Shown here piece by piece: positions 13,166 to 26,632 of a stretch of 64,000 nucleotides of DNA. The first letter of the stretch is position 1. Every line of letters begins with the position of its first letter. The DNA comes from Eledone cirrhosa (Eukaryota): contig OZ024742.1 of assembly GCA_964016885.1 (NCBI GenBank), positions 231,632,001 to 231,696,000 of the forward strand, written 5' to 3'. The notes beneath the pieces were generated by a model. That model was given only the letters and a program-made list of their open reading frames with translations. It did not search any database and was not told where the DNA came from. The position numbers were made by a program, and so were the translations under genes.

Positions 13166-13336
13166 TTAACATGTTTTTTTTTAGAAGTGTTGGATGGGTT
13201 GTCACAGATGAAGTCAGTACTCAATCAGAGTTCACTGTGCATTTTATCATGAAATCAGCATTAGAGAGGCCATCACATCTTTGACATGACTGATTAATCT
13301 CCTCTTTTTTAGCAAGTTTTCTATATCTGGATGTCT

Positions 13337-14125
13337 TTCATCATCATCAGGTTTAGCGTCCGTGTTCCACGCTTGCATGGGTTTGGACGGGGGTTTTCCC
13401 ACTTGAGGCAAGAGTGGTTGTCTTGCTCGCATAGGACTGTCTGGCGGGTTTTCTACAGTTGGATGCCCTTCCTAACACCAACCACATTTACAGTGTGGGG
13501 CTGGGAGGTTTTTACCGTGTTGCCTACACGGCCACATTACAGCGTGGACTGTCTGGCGGGTTTTCTACAGCTGGATGCCCTTCCTAACACCAACCACATT
13601 TACAGTGTGGGGCTGGGAGGTTTTTACCGTGTTGCCTACACGGCCACATTACAGCGTGGACTGTCTGGCGGGTTTTCTACAGCTGGATGCCCTTCCTAAC
13701 ACCAACCACATTTACAGTGTGGGGCTGGGAGGTTTTTACCGTGTTGCCTACACGGCCACATTACAGCGTGGACTGTCTGGCGGGTTTTCTACAGCTGGAT
13801 GCCCTTCCTAACACCAACCACATTTACAGTGTGGGGCTGGGAGGTTTTTACCGTGTTGCCTACACGGCCACATTTACAGCGTGGACTGTGTGTTTTTTGT
13901 CGTGACACCTACACGATCTCATTTGTTTCGGCCTGGATGTTGTGGGACCAACATAACTTTACATTGAAAGGGGCGGTGTGGGTGGGGTGGAGGTGGTGGG
14001 ACGGGGGTGTGTTTTGATAGAGGTGCCTACTGACTGTAGTAGGTTTTTACTTTGTATTTAGGTAAGGCGGGTCTTCTCTATTACTGAGTACCGCCAAAGG
14101 TCTCGGTCCAGTGACATTGTCTTTC
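13337..14125 (-). mobile_element. RTE LINE 3' UTR containing a 112-bp tandem amplification
   Basis: Homologous to 15050-15520 and 48360-48826. Confidence 0.88.
13434..13889. repeat. 112-bp tandem repeat, 4 near-identical units
   Basis: ggactgt recurs at 13434, 13546, 13658, 13770 and 13883. Confidence 0.95.
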
Positions 14126-14854
14126 TTATTACCAACCACTTTACAAAGTTTGACTATGTAACAACACAAAGAGGTTGTCATTCCATTGACACAGCTGAAG
14201 ACTCCTTTCAGTCCCTTTTTATTTTGGCATGATTTCTACAACTGGATGCCTTTCCTTACAGAGTGTACTGGGTGCATTTTTCATGGAACCAACAATAAAG
14301 AGCTTGCCGTTGTGACTGAAGAATCCTTTCAAATTTTTTTAGCATGGTTTCTATAGCTGGAAGCCCTTCCTAACATCAGCCACTTTTACAGAGTGTACTG
14401 GGTGCACTTTATCATGGCACCAGCAGTAAGAGACTGTCAGTCCTTGACTTGACTGAATAACTCTCTCTACCCTATGGGGGTGTATGGAAGTGCCATGGGT
14501 AAATGACTGTAGTGGAAAGGGAAGATGACAGAATAATGTCATATGGGGATAAGTATAAAGTCATGAGTGCGTAACAGGTATAGTGGGGTTCAAAGGTGTC
14601 ATGTGGGGCAAAGAAGGGGGTGACAACTCCAACCATGAAAATCATAAATCTTCCCTAAAAGTTCACTTGTCTTTAAAAGGGCTTGGATATATTTAACCTA
14701 CTAAACTACATAAAACTTTCCTGGTTTTATGATACAAAACTGACCATTTAAAAATGTTCATGCTTATATCAAAACATTCCACCATAATTATGTTTAAGAA
14801 ATTCTTGTTAAATAATATTCCAAAATCTTGATTATTTCCAAAATTAATTGACAT

Positions 14855-15520
14855 ACATTAGAGATAAGAGGGATCAGATGTTGTTTACTCGAGAGAAGGC
14901 TACGTTGGTATGGACACGTGATGCGCATGAAAGTCGATAGCTGTATAACAAAGTGCAGGGCAATAAAGATAGACGGTAGTCACGGAATAGGCAGACCTAG
15001 AAAAACCTGGGACGAGCTGATAAACTCCGACCTCACACACTTACACCTCTCCAAGACAATGTCACTGGACCGAGACCTTTGGCGGTACTCAGTAACAGAG
15101 AAGACCCGCCTTACCTAAATATATAGTAAAACCTACTCCAGCCAGTAGGCATCTCTAACAAAATACACCCCGTCCCACCACCACCACCCCCACCCGATCC
15201 ACACCACCCCGTTCTATGTAAAGTTATGTTGGTGCCGCGCCATCGAGGCCGAAACAAATGAGATCGTGTAGGTGTCACGACAAAAAAACACACAGTCCAC
15301 GCTGTAATGTGGCCGTGTAGGCAACACGGTAAAAACCTCCCAGACCCACACTGTAAATGTGGTTGGTGTTAGGAAGGGCATCCAACTGTAGAAAACCTGC
15401 CAGACAGTCCTATGCGAGCAAGACAATCACTCTTGCCTCAAGTGGGACTACCCCCGTCCAAACCCATGCAAGCATGGAACACGGACGTTAAACGTTGATG
15501 ATGATGATGATGATGATGAT
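14855..15520 (+). mobile_element. 5'-truncated RTE LINE (young subfamily)
   Basis: RRLRWYGHVMRM...GRPRKTWDE; long 3' UTR; (GAT)n tail; nearly identical to 48315-48826. Confidence 0.9.
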
Positions 15521-15569
15521 GACATAAGCAATATATTTCATTAGTACAGAATTCCACTTTAATAATAAT

Positions 15570-15735
15570 GGTCATCACCATCATCCTTTCTATGTCCATT
15601 TTTCCATGTTTGCATGGGTTGGAAGGGTTTTTTTCCAGCACAGCTTCTTTCCACACATTGCATTCCTTTGTCATCTCCTCTTTGAAGGTCAGCATTTTGA
15701 GATTTGCTCTCACTACCTCTGCTCAGGTTTTCCTT
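15570..15735 (-). mobile_element. RTE LINE 3' end (short-UTR type)
   Basis: aacccatgcaaacatgg hairpin and GAT-type tail on the minus strand. Confidence 0.7.
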
Positions 15736-15852
15736 TGCTTTCTTAATAATATCAATTTAGCTTTTTCTTGTCACCTATGTTGTTTACAAGAACTATAGAA
15801 CTTACTTTTCCTCAACGAACACAAAGTAAAAAGAGTAGCATATTCTTTTTAA

Positions 15853-16543
15853 CAACAATAATAATAATGAAATTATTGTGTAAAGTGCTCAGGTGCACTA
15901 CAACTCGTCAAAGGTGCATGTATAGTACATAGAATAATATACAAATGTCAGGGAAGTGAATAGTGTATGAGTCATGATATACATGTGTACGTGTGTATCG
16001 AGGGGGAACATTAGGTGTAGTGTAGGCGAATCTCGGGAAGCATGAAGGTTTTAAAGGATGCAGTGTCTCGACAGCTAATAACTAATGCAGGTAGTTTGTT
16101 CCATGCTTCAGCAACTCTGAGCGTGAAAAAATGTTTCCCTAAGTCATGGGAACTGTGTTGTTTTCTGACTTTGTGGGCATACCCACGTGTGTTAGACACA
16201 TGCAAATCAAAAAGCTACTCAGGGTTGTTGTTGGCAAGATGGTTAATAATTTTGTGGGTGTTTACCAAGTCAGTTGCCAGACGCCGGAGCTTCAATGTAT
16301 CCATGCCCAGGGAAGCAAGGCGTTCAGAGTATGGTAGATGCTTGATAGAGGGTATTCGCTTGGTTGCACGTCTCTGAACAGTTTCCAGACAGTCAATGTT
16401 TTGAGCAAGATAGGGGTTCCAGACTGGTGATGCAAAGTCTTAGTGTGGCTGCACCATAGCCATGTACAGCCTTAAATAGATAGCTGGAGAGCGGCTGACA
16501 AAGGTCTTTCTGAGTGATGCTAAGATACCCTCAGCCCTCTTGA
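15853..16543 (-). mobile_element. 5'-truncated CR1-group LINE (single-tail subfamily)
   Basis: RT C-terminus ending MLPEIRLHYT; one 3' UTR unit, as in the 36052 copy. Confidence 0.9.
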
Positions 16544-17468
16544 TAATGTTAATGTTTCTATTAAGTGTTTTGGATTATTAAATAAATGTCAGTTTATTTA
16601 TCAACTTTAAACATGTTTCATTGTCTAATATTCAAATAGACAGCGGTAACCACAAACAACAAATGTAATTGTTTATACTTTTTTGGCACAAGGTCAGCAA
16701 TTACCCCAGTGCATTACTGCTGCTTTGTTTTATCGATCCTGTAAGGATGGAAGGCAAAGTTAACTTCAGCGGGATTTGAACCCAGAACGTAAAAGCATTA
16801 CTCTATGCTGCAAAGCATGGTGTCTGATGCTCTACCGATATTGCCAATTCACTGCCCTCATGAATTTTTGTTGTTGTTTTTTTCTATTTGTTGGACTCTG
16901 TTTATTATCTGATATGGTTATGCTAATTTTTTTTTTATAATTGAAAATAATTCCTCAGAAAAATACAGTCTACTTTGGGTGAAATGAAAGTCTCCTCTGC
17001 TGTTGTCTTTCTCTTCTCTTTCTACAATTCCAACCTCTTTTATTTGCCTGTGCTGACCTGTTTTATAGGCTTTCTTAGCTCTAATATGCTTTTATGGTAT
17101 CTTAAGTATCAGGTTTAACAATACAAACCCTCAAGCCTTATTTTAACCTTTTAAGGAGGAGGATTTTCTTTTTTCAGATATAGTCTTTCAACATGATTCC
17201 ATAGATTTTTCTGAGATAATGGATTTAGAAGGAATTAAAAGGGTTCTCATATTGTGTGTGTGTGTGTGTGTGTGTGTCTATAGGGAGGGTTGAGATATCT
17301 ACTGTACAGTAATGTGCCGTGTGATGTATGCTTGATACACTTATGTTGTAATGTTATTAATATGGAAATTTGTCAGGCCTGAAAAGCTGTGTTGGTGTTA
17401 TTGCTAGTTTAAACTTGTATTTGTTAAACTTACCATGGCCTTCAAGGTAAATGAGTTCCTTCATAGCT

Positions 17469-17812
17469 TTGACCCTTTAGCATTTACATTACTCTCTATC
17501 ATCATCATCATTGTTTAACATCCATCTTCCACCCTAGCATGGGTTAGATGGTTTTGTTCCATTTGATACGGGAATGGTCGGGAGACCATGTCTCGCTCGC
17601 ACGGAACCGTATCTGGCAGGTTTTTTTTGCTATTATATTTTTTGTGGTAAAAGCTTTATCTCACATAATATCAAATCTATGAGATTTTGATGTTATTTAT
17701 TTTGAGAACAATACCTTAACATAAATATGAGCAGCCGGTTATGGCTAGTTTGAACAGAAAGAGGTGAGAGAATTCTGGCCGAATACAGCCGGTTTAAATG
17801 CTAAAGGGTTAA
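17469..17812. mobile_element. TTAA-type MITE with a nested RTE 3' end (~17500-17625)
   Basis: TIRs CCCTTTAGCATT / AATGCTAAAGGG-TTAA. Confidence 0.75.
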
Positions 17813-18382
17813 AGTTTACCCGTGGAATGTTTGGTCAGAAGTGGAGTTTAATATCCAATCTTTTTTCTGTGATGATTTAGCAGAATATATCTAAAAACAG
17901 GGCCCATTAATTGAAATATATTTACTCTATTTACTATATTTGTCTCTAGTGGTGGGCGACAGATCATTGTGAAAATTTTCAGTATTAGAGTAAAGACTTC
18001 AATGTTTAATGTGATGCAGTCATAGTGTTGGTTTGTATTTTTCAAGAATGGTTTGCTAATGTAGTGTCATGTTATACAGGGCATTAAGTAATTTAAAAAT
18101 ATATTTTTCTGTTCTATTTAGAAGTACTATAATCTATTAGCTTTTTCTTTTTTTTTTTGTGAATTCTATTGTTGTTATTTGATATGTTTTGCTTTTATCC
18201 CTTTTGATTTCAACTTACCTGGGATTGCTCTTATTCTTTGATACAAAATCATGCTTTAAAGTATTTATGTTTAAAATAAAAAAATTTCCACTATAATTTT
18301 ATGTAAGCACTTTTTTTGTTAAATGATATTCCAAACAGCAGCTTAATATACCAATAGATATAATTTAATTTATGTTACTAAA

Positions 18383-19497
18383 TAATAATAATAATGATTT
18401 CATTTATTAGCCACAAGGGCCGACATGTAGGGGACAATACAAAGACAGGGACAGTGGGGGTTTACAATAAGGTCGAGTAAAAGTGCACAATGGCAAGACT
18501 AATTTAACAATGAAAATATAAAATAATAAAATATAAAAATATAAAATAAACTATGCATAAATATAACAAAATAAATTCCCCGATAGGGGGTGGACGACCC
18601 TGGGGTGATTCGGGTACCCCACCAATCCTGAACCACCCTGCGCTTCTAGGGCACCCAGGGAGAGCACCCCTCTCCTTAAGTTAGCCAGCCTATAGGCGCA
18701 TGGTCAGAGTAGGCCCATTCACACGAGCCATTCTCGCCACATTCACCCACCTTTTAGCAAATGTACTGGGGGGCAGCACTTCTCTCTCCACCCTCACCCT
18801 CCTTTCCAGGTGAAACTTGAAGAAGTTGATGAGGGATTGGCCGAAGAGAAAAGTGTCTGTCTTTAGTCCTTTCAACCTGGTCCACCATATAATCTCTTTC
18901 GCAACTGCCACCAGACAGAGGAAAATTTCCTGCTCTTCCTGGTGGCGGCTCGATCTTCACTATGGACTCGGCCGGATTCGTTCCACACGCGACAGTAGCT
19001 GTTCGACATAACTCCACAAGACATTGGACAAGTGCGTGCAGAACGGTTTCGTCGTTCTGTGCGCATTTTGAGCAGGTCCGTCTGACAGCACTTCCGTGCC
19101 TGTAGAGTTTATCCCGAACCGGCAGTGCCCCCCGGTAGCACTGCCAAGCGAGGGATTTCTGGAAATTGTCCATCGTCCCCGGCTCAAAAGTCCTCCGGTA
19201 CAGACTGGTCAGTTCGACTTCGTCGAGGCCCAAAGCTTCTCCGAGTGCGTCATCGCACTTGCCCACCACTAATCCTCTATAGAACTTGAGAGTGGAAGTT
19301 CCACTGATCGCATTGCCCGCTTGGTAGAGGGCAGTGAGTGCCTGGCAACATTCCAGGTGCCAGTCACCCAGTCTCGGTCTCTTCTTGACCCAGGACTGCA
19401 GCTCAGTCAAAGAAATGAGCTGCGGAAAGGCCCGTCTGATAAACGGCGACCACACCTGTTCACCATTGAGGCAGAATATCTGGAGATGTCGTAGCCT
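18383..19497 (-). mobile_element. Tx1/L1-clade LINE 3' portion (zf-RVT region + 3' UTR)
   Basis: FQKSLAWQCYRGALPVRDKL...CSKC...ETVLHALVQC (CCHC, zf-RVT-like); GC-rich; (ATT)n tail. Confidence 0.85.
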
Positions 19498-19499
19498 CA

Positions 19500-19842
19500 A
19501 CAATAATAATAATAATAATGAAATTATTGTATAAAGTGCTCAGGTGCACTACAACTCGTCAAAGGTGCATGTATAGTACATAGAATAATATACAAATAGT
19601 ACATAGAATAATATACAAATGTCAGGGAAGTGAAAGTGTATGAGTCATGATATACATGTGTGTATGTGTGTGGAGGGGGAACATTAGGTGTAGTGTTGGC
19701 GAATCTCGGGAAGCATGGAGGTTTTAAAGGATGCAGTGTCTCGACAGCTAACGACTGATGCAGGTAGTTTGTTCCATGCTTCAGCAACTCTGAGCATGAA
19801 AAAATGTTTCCGAAAGTCATGGGAACTCTACTGTTTTCTGAC
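19500..19842 (-). mobile_element. CR1-group LINE 3' end (single-tail subfamily)
   Basis: Same 3' end as 15853 and 36052; abuts the Tx1 fragment. Confidence 0.88.
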
Positions 19843-20150
19843 ATGGAATAGTGGATGCATAATGATGATTACAATAATGAGTAAACACTCACATACTAAA
19901 TATGGAGTGGAAAAACTTCCATCAACTGGCATTATCATACAGAACACTCCCATCAGGGTTTGTTTGTTTCTTTTCTTTTGCTTATACCCATTATTGACAT
20001 GTGGATGTGTGTTAGTGTAAATAGGGCTTTTGTATAAGACCATTTCTTTTCAGAGATCCTTCAGTTGTTGAAGAAGTGTCATTTCAATTGAAACATTATC
20101 TCTTCTCTCCTATTTGCATTTTATTTTTACTGATAAATTGCTTATTTTAT

Positions 20151-20344
20151 TTAACCCTTTAGCATTTAAACCCGACTGTATCTGCCAGAATTCTCTCACC
20201 TCTTTCTATTTAAACCAGCTGTAACTGGCTGCTCATACTAATAAATAATATTAAAATCTCATATATTCGATATCATGTGAGATAAAGCCTTTACAGTGAA
20301 AATATAATAGTAAATATAGAGTAATGTAAATGCTAAAGAGTTAA
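20151..20344. mobile_element. TTAA-flanked MITE
   Basis: TTAA CCCTTTAGCATTTA ... TAAATGCTAAAGAG TTAA, ending about 47 nt before the TM5 exon. Confidence 0.8.
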
Positions 20345-20366
20345 TAAAATTTAAAAAGTTATCTGA

Positions 20367-20528
<162 letters not shown>

Positions 20529-20617
20529 TGAGTCATATTATTCATATTGTAACAATATTTTTTAAAATCATTTTCATTTCTTCACTGATTTTATTTTACT
20601 GTCTGCTATTGTAAGAG

Positions 20618-20880
20618 TTCCTTTCACAGTCCCTTTTCACTGAATCTATTCTCTGACCTCTACCACTGACCCATTTCTGTGACCCCTTTCACTGAACCTT
20701 TTCTGTGACCCCTTTCACTGAACCTTTTCACTGACCCCTTTTACTAATCCCTTTCACTGATCCCTTTTTTTATCCTTTAACTGATCCCTTTCACTGATCC
20801 CTTTGTCTGATCCCTTTCACTGAACCCTTTCACAACCCTTTCACTGAACACTTTCACTGATCCCTTTCACTGACCCCTCA
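20618..20880. repeat. Degenerate ~14-bp minisatellite (gatccctttcact)
   Basis: Repeated ccctttcactga units. Confidence 0.85.
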
Positions 20881-20999
20881 TTCCTACATGACAATGATGC
20901 CTAGTATTACTTTTGATTATATTCAGAGATTCTCTTTGGTACTTGTCAGTGCAATTGAGCAGATGTGTATATATTACTATGTAGGAGTTGTGTATGAAT

Positions 21000-21760
21000 G
21001 GACCTTCATTGGTTTCGACAATGAACATTCCAGTTGTTTGATCAACTGAACAGTCTGTTTATGAAATTAACGTACAAGTATTCTACAGACACATGTACTC
21101 TTAGCATAAATCTCAGGGAGATTCAGTGTGATACAATGTGTGACAGGGCTAGTCCTTTGAATTACAGGTACAAAAAGCTTCCAAAAGGCTACCAAACAGT
21201 TTCTATCTGGCTAATTTCACTCACAAGGCATGGTTGAACCCATGCATACCAGCCTCCTCTCTCCACACCTCCAATGTTGTCCAAGGGAAAAGGAATGCCC
21301 AATACAGCTTGGCACCAGTGACGTCGCAACGCAATTCTACAGCTGAGTGAACTGGAACAACATGAAATAAAGTGTCTTGCTCAAGAATACAACGCAAAGC
21401 CCAGTCCGAGAATCGGACTCACAACCTTATGATTGTAAGCTTGGCGCTCTAACCACTAAGCCGTGTATGTGTGTGTTAATGCTTCATTGGTTCTGATAAG
21501 TGTTCCAATTGTTTGATCAATAGAACATCAGCTCATGAAATCAACGTACAAGTAGCTGAATATTCCACAAACATGTGTACCTTTAATGTAATTCTCAGAG
21601 ATTCTGAGTGACAGTGTGTGATAAGCACTTCATTTTTGCCAGTTGGGTGGACCGGAGCAACATGAAATAAAATGTCTTGTTCAAGAACAGAAAGTGTAAC
21701 CAGGAACCAATCTTACGACTTTATGTTGTGAACCAAACACCCTAACCACTAAGCTTTGCA
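21000..21760. mobile_element. Cluster of SINE family B copies and related tails
   Basis: Two gatcaa...gaaattaacgtacaagt segments (~21040, ~21515) and two reverse-complemented tRNA heads ending ctaaccactaag. Confidence 0.7.
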
Positions 21761-21774
21761 CCTTCATGATGTGC

Positions 21775-23600
21775 ATGGAATTTACACCTGCAATGTTGCG
21801 ACGTCACCTTAAGAATAAGCGCAACTATGCCTCCCCTGGTCTTGATGGTGTGACATACCTGCTTCTCAAACGTGGCGGGTATTTCCTTTTGCGCCAGCTT
21901 TCTTTCTTCTTTCAATACTGTCTCAACAATAGTGCTACTCCGGAGCAGTGGAAAACTGCCAGTGTCATTCCCCTGTTCAAAAAGGGCAACCGCATGTCAC
22001 CTGTCAACTATCGTCCAGTCAGTCTTACTAGCTGTATGGCCAAACTGATGGAATCCTGTGTCAGAGAAACACTTTGGAACTTCTGGAGCTCTCACAGCCT
22101 CATCCGGCCCTCACAGTTTGGATTTATCCCTAACTCCAGCTGCTGTGATCAGCTTATCGAGTTCCTTGAAGACATCACCCGGATCACTGACAGCGGCTCA
22201 GGGGTGGATGTTGTTTACCTTGACTTTGCTAAGGCTTTTAATTCTGTGCCACACAAAAGACTTATGGCAAAACTCTCTGCAATGGGTGTGAAGGATGATC
22301 TTTTCGACTGGTTGAAATCCTTCATTCTCAGCCGAAAAGAAGTAGTCACAGTTCTAGGACAGCATTCTTCACCATATGAGATGTCATCTGGTGTACCACA
22401 AGGATCTGTTCTTGGTCCCCTTTTGTTTGTGGCATATATTAATGACATAGATGCCAACTTATAGAATGCCACGGTACTGAAATATGCAGATGACATCAAG
22501 CTGTACCTTGAAATCAAAAGGACTGATCCTGAAATTTACAATTTTTTCCTACAATCGGACCTGGACACAATGCAGCAATGGATCACAGACTGGCAACTGA
22601 AGCTGGCTGTGGACAAGTGTACCACCATGCATTTTGGAAGGAAAAATCCAGCGTCCACATACTCCCTCCACAACACTGATATCAGGAAGTCCTCTTGTGA
22701 ACGTGACCTGGGCATTACTCTCAGCAGCGATTTGCGTTGGACAAAGCACGTCTCTAAGATTGTCAAGAAGGCCGAGGGTGTCTTGGCATCACTCAGCAAG
22801 ACCTTTGTTAGCCGCTCTCCAGCCATCTATTTAAAACTGTATACAGCTATGGTACGACCACACTTCGAATTCGCATCATCAGTCTGGAACCCCTATCTTG
22901 CTCAGAACATTGACCTCCTGGAAACTGTTCAGAGACGTGCAACCAAGCGCATACCCTCCATCAGACACCTACCATACTCTGAACGCCTTGCTTCCCTGGG
23001 CATGGATTCATTGAAGCTCCGACGTCTGGCAATGGACTTGGTGAATACCCACAAAGTTATTAACCATCTCGCCAATTGCAACCCTGAGCACCTTTTTGAT
23101 CTCCATGTGTCTAACACACGTGGACATGCCTACAAAATCAGAAAACAGCACAGCTCCCATGACTTTCGTAGACATTTTTTCACGCTCAGAGTTGCTGAAG
23201 CATGGAACAAACTGCCTGCGTCAGTTGTTAGCTGCCGAGACACTGCATCCTTTAAGACACTCATGCTTCCTGAAATACGGCAAAACTACACCTGATGTAC
23301 CCCTTCCATACACATGCACACGTGTGTATCATGACTCGTGCACTGTTCATTTTACTGATGTTTGTGCATTGCCCCATGTACTGTACATGCACTTTTTGAT
23401 GAGTTGTGGTCCACCTGGGCACTGTACACAATATTTCATTATTATTGTTGTTATTATTATTGTATCATGACTCATACACTGTTCATTTTCCTGACATTTG
23501 TCCATTATTCTATGTACTATACATGCACCTTTGATGAGTTGTAGTGCACCTGAGCACTGTACACAATAATTTCATTATTATTATTATTTTATTATTATTA
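21775..23600 (+). mobile_element. 5'-truncated CR1-group LINE, RT nearly intact (one stop at 22464)
   Basis: NYRPVSLTS, YLDFAKAF, GVPQGSVLGP and KYADD motifs; duplicated 3' UTR; (ATT)n tail. Confidence 0.95.
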
Positions 23601-23779
23601 GTATATATATCATGATCTTCATTTTAACATCCGCTTTCCCTGCTAGCAAGGGTTGGATGGTCTACATAGGCCAAGTCAGTACTGAAGCTGGGCTACTTAC
23701 CTCCCAGACAGGCTAGGGATCTGCATCTCGCTTATGTACGGTCTCATGTTCAACCGAGTGCGCAGGAGAGGTTGTCATG

Positions 23780-24122
23780 TCTTTGACACAACTGAATGAC
23801 AAAGTATAGATTAGCTGAGAGAAAAGCTGGGTATAAGAGGTAACAGATATAGTGTGCAGGAGAGAAGACTGCACTGCTATAGACATGTGATAAGTACAGA
23901 TGATGATCATTGGGTGAAGAAGTGTCAAGAGATCCCAGTGGAGGGAAGCTGCAGTAGAGGGAAACCAAGAAAGATCTGGACAGAAATCTCAAATCGCTAG
24001 AGCTCATGGAGGAGATGACGGAGGACCAGGATGAGTGGAGGGATGATGGTCTGCAGGCAAATATCGATTAAACCCATGCAGGCAAGGAAAAACGGTCATA
24101 AAATGATATGAGGATGATGATA
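23780..24122 (+). mobile_element. Decayed RTE LINE 3' part
   Basis: RRLH and RGKPRK remnants; aacccatgcagg and GAT tail. Confidence 0.75.
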
Positions 24123-24462
24123 CACACACATACATGTTTGTATGTGTGTGTGATGTGTGGTGTTCCTAAAAACCGTCTCACTTTAATCACTTGATTGTAC
24201 ACTACCACCACTATTATTATATTTTTATGGATAGATCTCATCATCTGTCATTCATAAACTGACACACACAGCACAACGGAGAAAACTGCCAGTCTTGCTG
24301 TTGTGTCATATGTATTTTATGGTATATTTTTTTAAGGCTGAATGACCTTTCTATCATGAATCATTTTACAGCATGGATTGCTGTGTGGAGTTTATCATGC
24401 CACCAGCACTGAAGATGTCATCTGAGGCCAGACTAAAATAAACATTTTTTATTCTCTTCTAG

Positions 24463-24553
24463 TGTAATACCGCTTTTGAGAGATTCTGCTGGAGTTTTAA
24501 TGCAAAAGACCCCGCGACAACTAGAAGCATTATTGCCTGGATGTTATCAAAGG
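24463..24553 (+). CDS. SLC30A7: ZnT7 exon
   Basis: ttctag|...|gtatgt, 91 nt, phase 2-0; SVIPLLRDSAGVLMQKTPRQLEALLPGCYQR. Confidence 0.95.
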
Positions 24554-25034
24554 GTATGTTTTAATTTTCTCAATAATTAATTTTAAAATTTAATGTTCAC
24601 TATAACTATGTATGAAAACAAAGACTTCTTACATCTGTGTGTATCCAGTTTAGAACATGTACACTGTATCCCTACATGTCGTAAGAAACAAATGAAAGGG
24701 TTGGTGTCAGGAAGGGTATCAGGCTGTAAAATATTTTCTTATAAAAGTCCTATCCAACCCATGCCAGCATGGAAAATTCGATGTAAAAACGATGATGATG
24801 ATGATCTTCGGGGTTGAATATTTTGGAGGAAGGAACATTTAATTAAATCAGCTTTGATATATTACTCATAATATTTTATGAACCATGTGCAAATAAAAGG
24901 TAGAGTTGAATTGGACATGATTTGAAATTGAAATGTAAAAGAAATATAATTAATTACTGCAAGACGTTTTGTCTAGTTCTCTGCTAACTCTGCTATCCCT
25001 CTCTACTCTCACCTAGCAGATAAGTATTTCATTC

Positions 25035-25250
25035 TTAACCCATTAGTATTTAAACTGGCCATACCCGGCCAGAATTTTCTCACATCTTTCTGTTAAAACC
25101 AGCTATAACTGGCCACTCATACTGATGTTAAGGTATTGTTCTCAAAATAAATAATATCAAAATCTCATAGATTCAATATCATGTGAGGTAAAGCCTTTAC
25201 CGAGAAAATATAATAGTAAATATAGAGTAATGTAAACGTTAAATGGTTAA
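25035..25250. mobile_element. TTAA-flanked MITE
   Basis: TTAA CCCATTAGTATTTA ... AACGTTAAATGG TTAA; body matches the other copies. Confidence 0.75.
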
Positions 25251-26466
25251 TACTTAATATAATTTAACATTATTTGAGGTGTAATATAAATTGAGATGTA
25301 ATTGAATGTATTGTTTTTCTCTGACAGAATTAAAAGATTATAGAATTATACAGTTATTTATATTTAGTTTAATTACATACTCCAACAAGGTCAGGTGGAT
25401 TTATGATAATTGTATATTTGGTTTACATACTTAATATTTCTACAGATTTGTGTTGGTTTTGACTCATATATTTTGACTTAGGTCTTCAATACTCCTACTG
25501 GTTTGTGCTAGTTTATATTCATTGTAATTTACATGTATCTAATGTCCCATTTGAAAATACTACAAGCTCGCATCTTATGTGGTCTAGATAATGTATTTTT
25601 TAACGTATGTGGCCAGAAAATATTGGTTTCTAATTTAGGCACAAGGCTAACAATTTTAAGGTGGGGGAAAATTGATTAAATCGACCCCAGTGCATTACTG
25701 ATACTTTATTTTATCGACCCCGTATGGATGAAAGGCAAAGTTAAGTTTGGCAGGATTTGAACTCAGATCGCAAAGGGTCATAACTCTGTGCCATACGCTC
25801 CACTAATACTGCTAATCCACTGCCCTCTGGTCAGAAAATATTAAAAACAAAATTTACAAAAAGCTGTCAAACCTTTAACATTCTATCCAGGACAAAACCA
25901 TATCTAATGTATCTCCTTCCACTATCACTTTTTTCTTGGGTTTTCTCAATGTCTAGAGAAGCTGATATACTCCCTCTAAAATATTGACTCCCATAGGTGC
26001 TTTATACAACATTCTTAACATGTGGTTCTTGAAAAGGAGGTGGGGGAGAAGGCAGTTAATCATATAAAATACAAGCCCACTATATTGATTAGAAAAATGA
26101 AATAAAATATGAATTAAATTAAGATTCCCCAAAGTCCTTCCATGTCTTAACTTTGGATGTCTTTACTGTCTGTGCTGCAATTCTTTGTGCTTGCTTGTAA
26201 TGCAAGTGCAAGAAGGGTGATTCATTTCCAAGCCAAGATTTGTAGGCCTCCTTTGTTCAGGGGGCATCTTTGACCTCTTGATTGAACCAAGGGGTCCTCC
26301 TGCCATCTCATGCCACACCAAGCCTCTTTCACCCACAGCATTTAACAGCTGAAGCAGAAACCTCGGCAGAATTGTTCTGCTAGAGAACAGGTCGCAGGTG
26401 TTGGATAGCAATATGACCACCAGGTATGATGGTTAGTTGCGATATAAGTTGGCAGTTGCCGGACAA

Positions 26467-26632
26467 TAGGCAACCACAGACAACAGTGGTAAACTACTAG
26501 GGAAAATTGAGCAATGGGTGACACCTGTAGCTCCCAAGAAAACTCTCACAACTCAGTTTTCTTGGGAGCTACAGGTGTCACCCATTGCTCAATTTCCCCT
26601 AATAGTTTACCACTGTTGTCCGTGGTTGCCTA
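26467..26632. repeat. Inverted repeat, 78-bp arms, 10-nt spacer
   Basis: 26467-26544 is the reverse complement of 26555-26632 with 3 mismatches. Confidence 0.95.

Noticed and set aside
13331-14017. Repeated 70-120 aa ORFs or CRISPR
   Set aside because: By-product of the 112-bp tandem repeat in an RTE 3' UTR.
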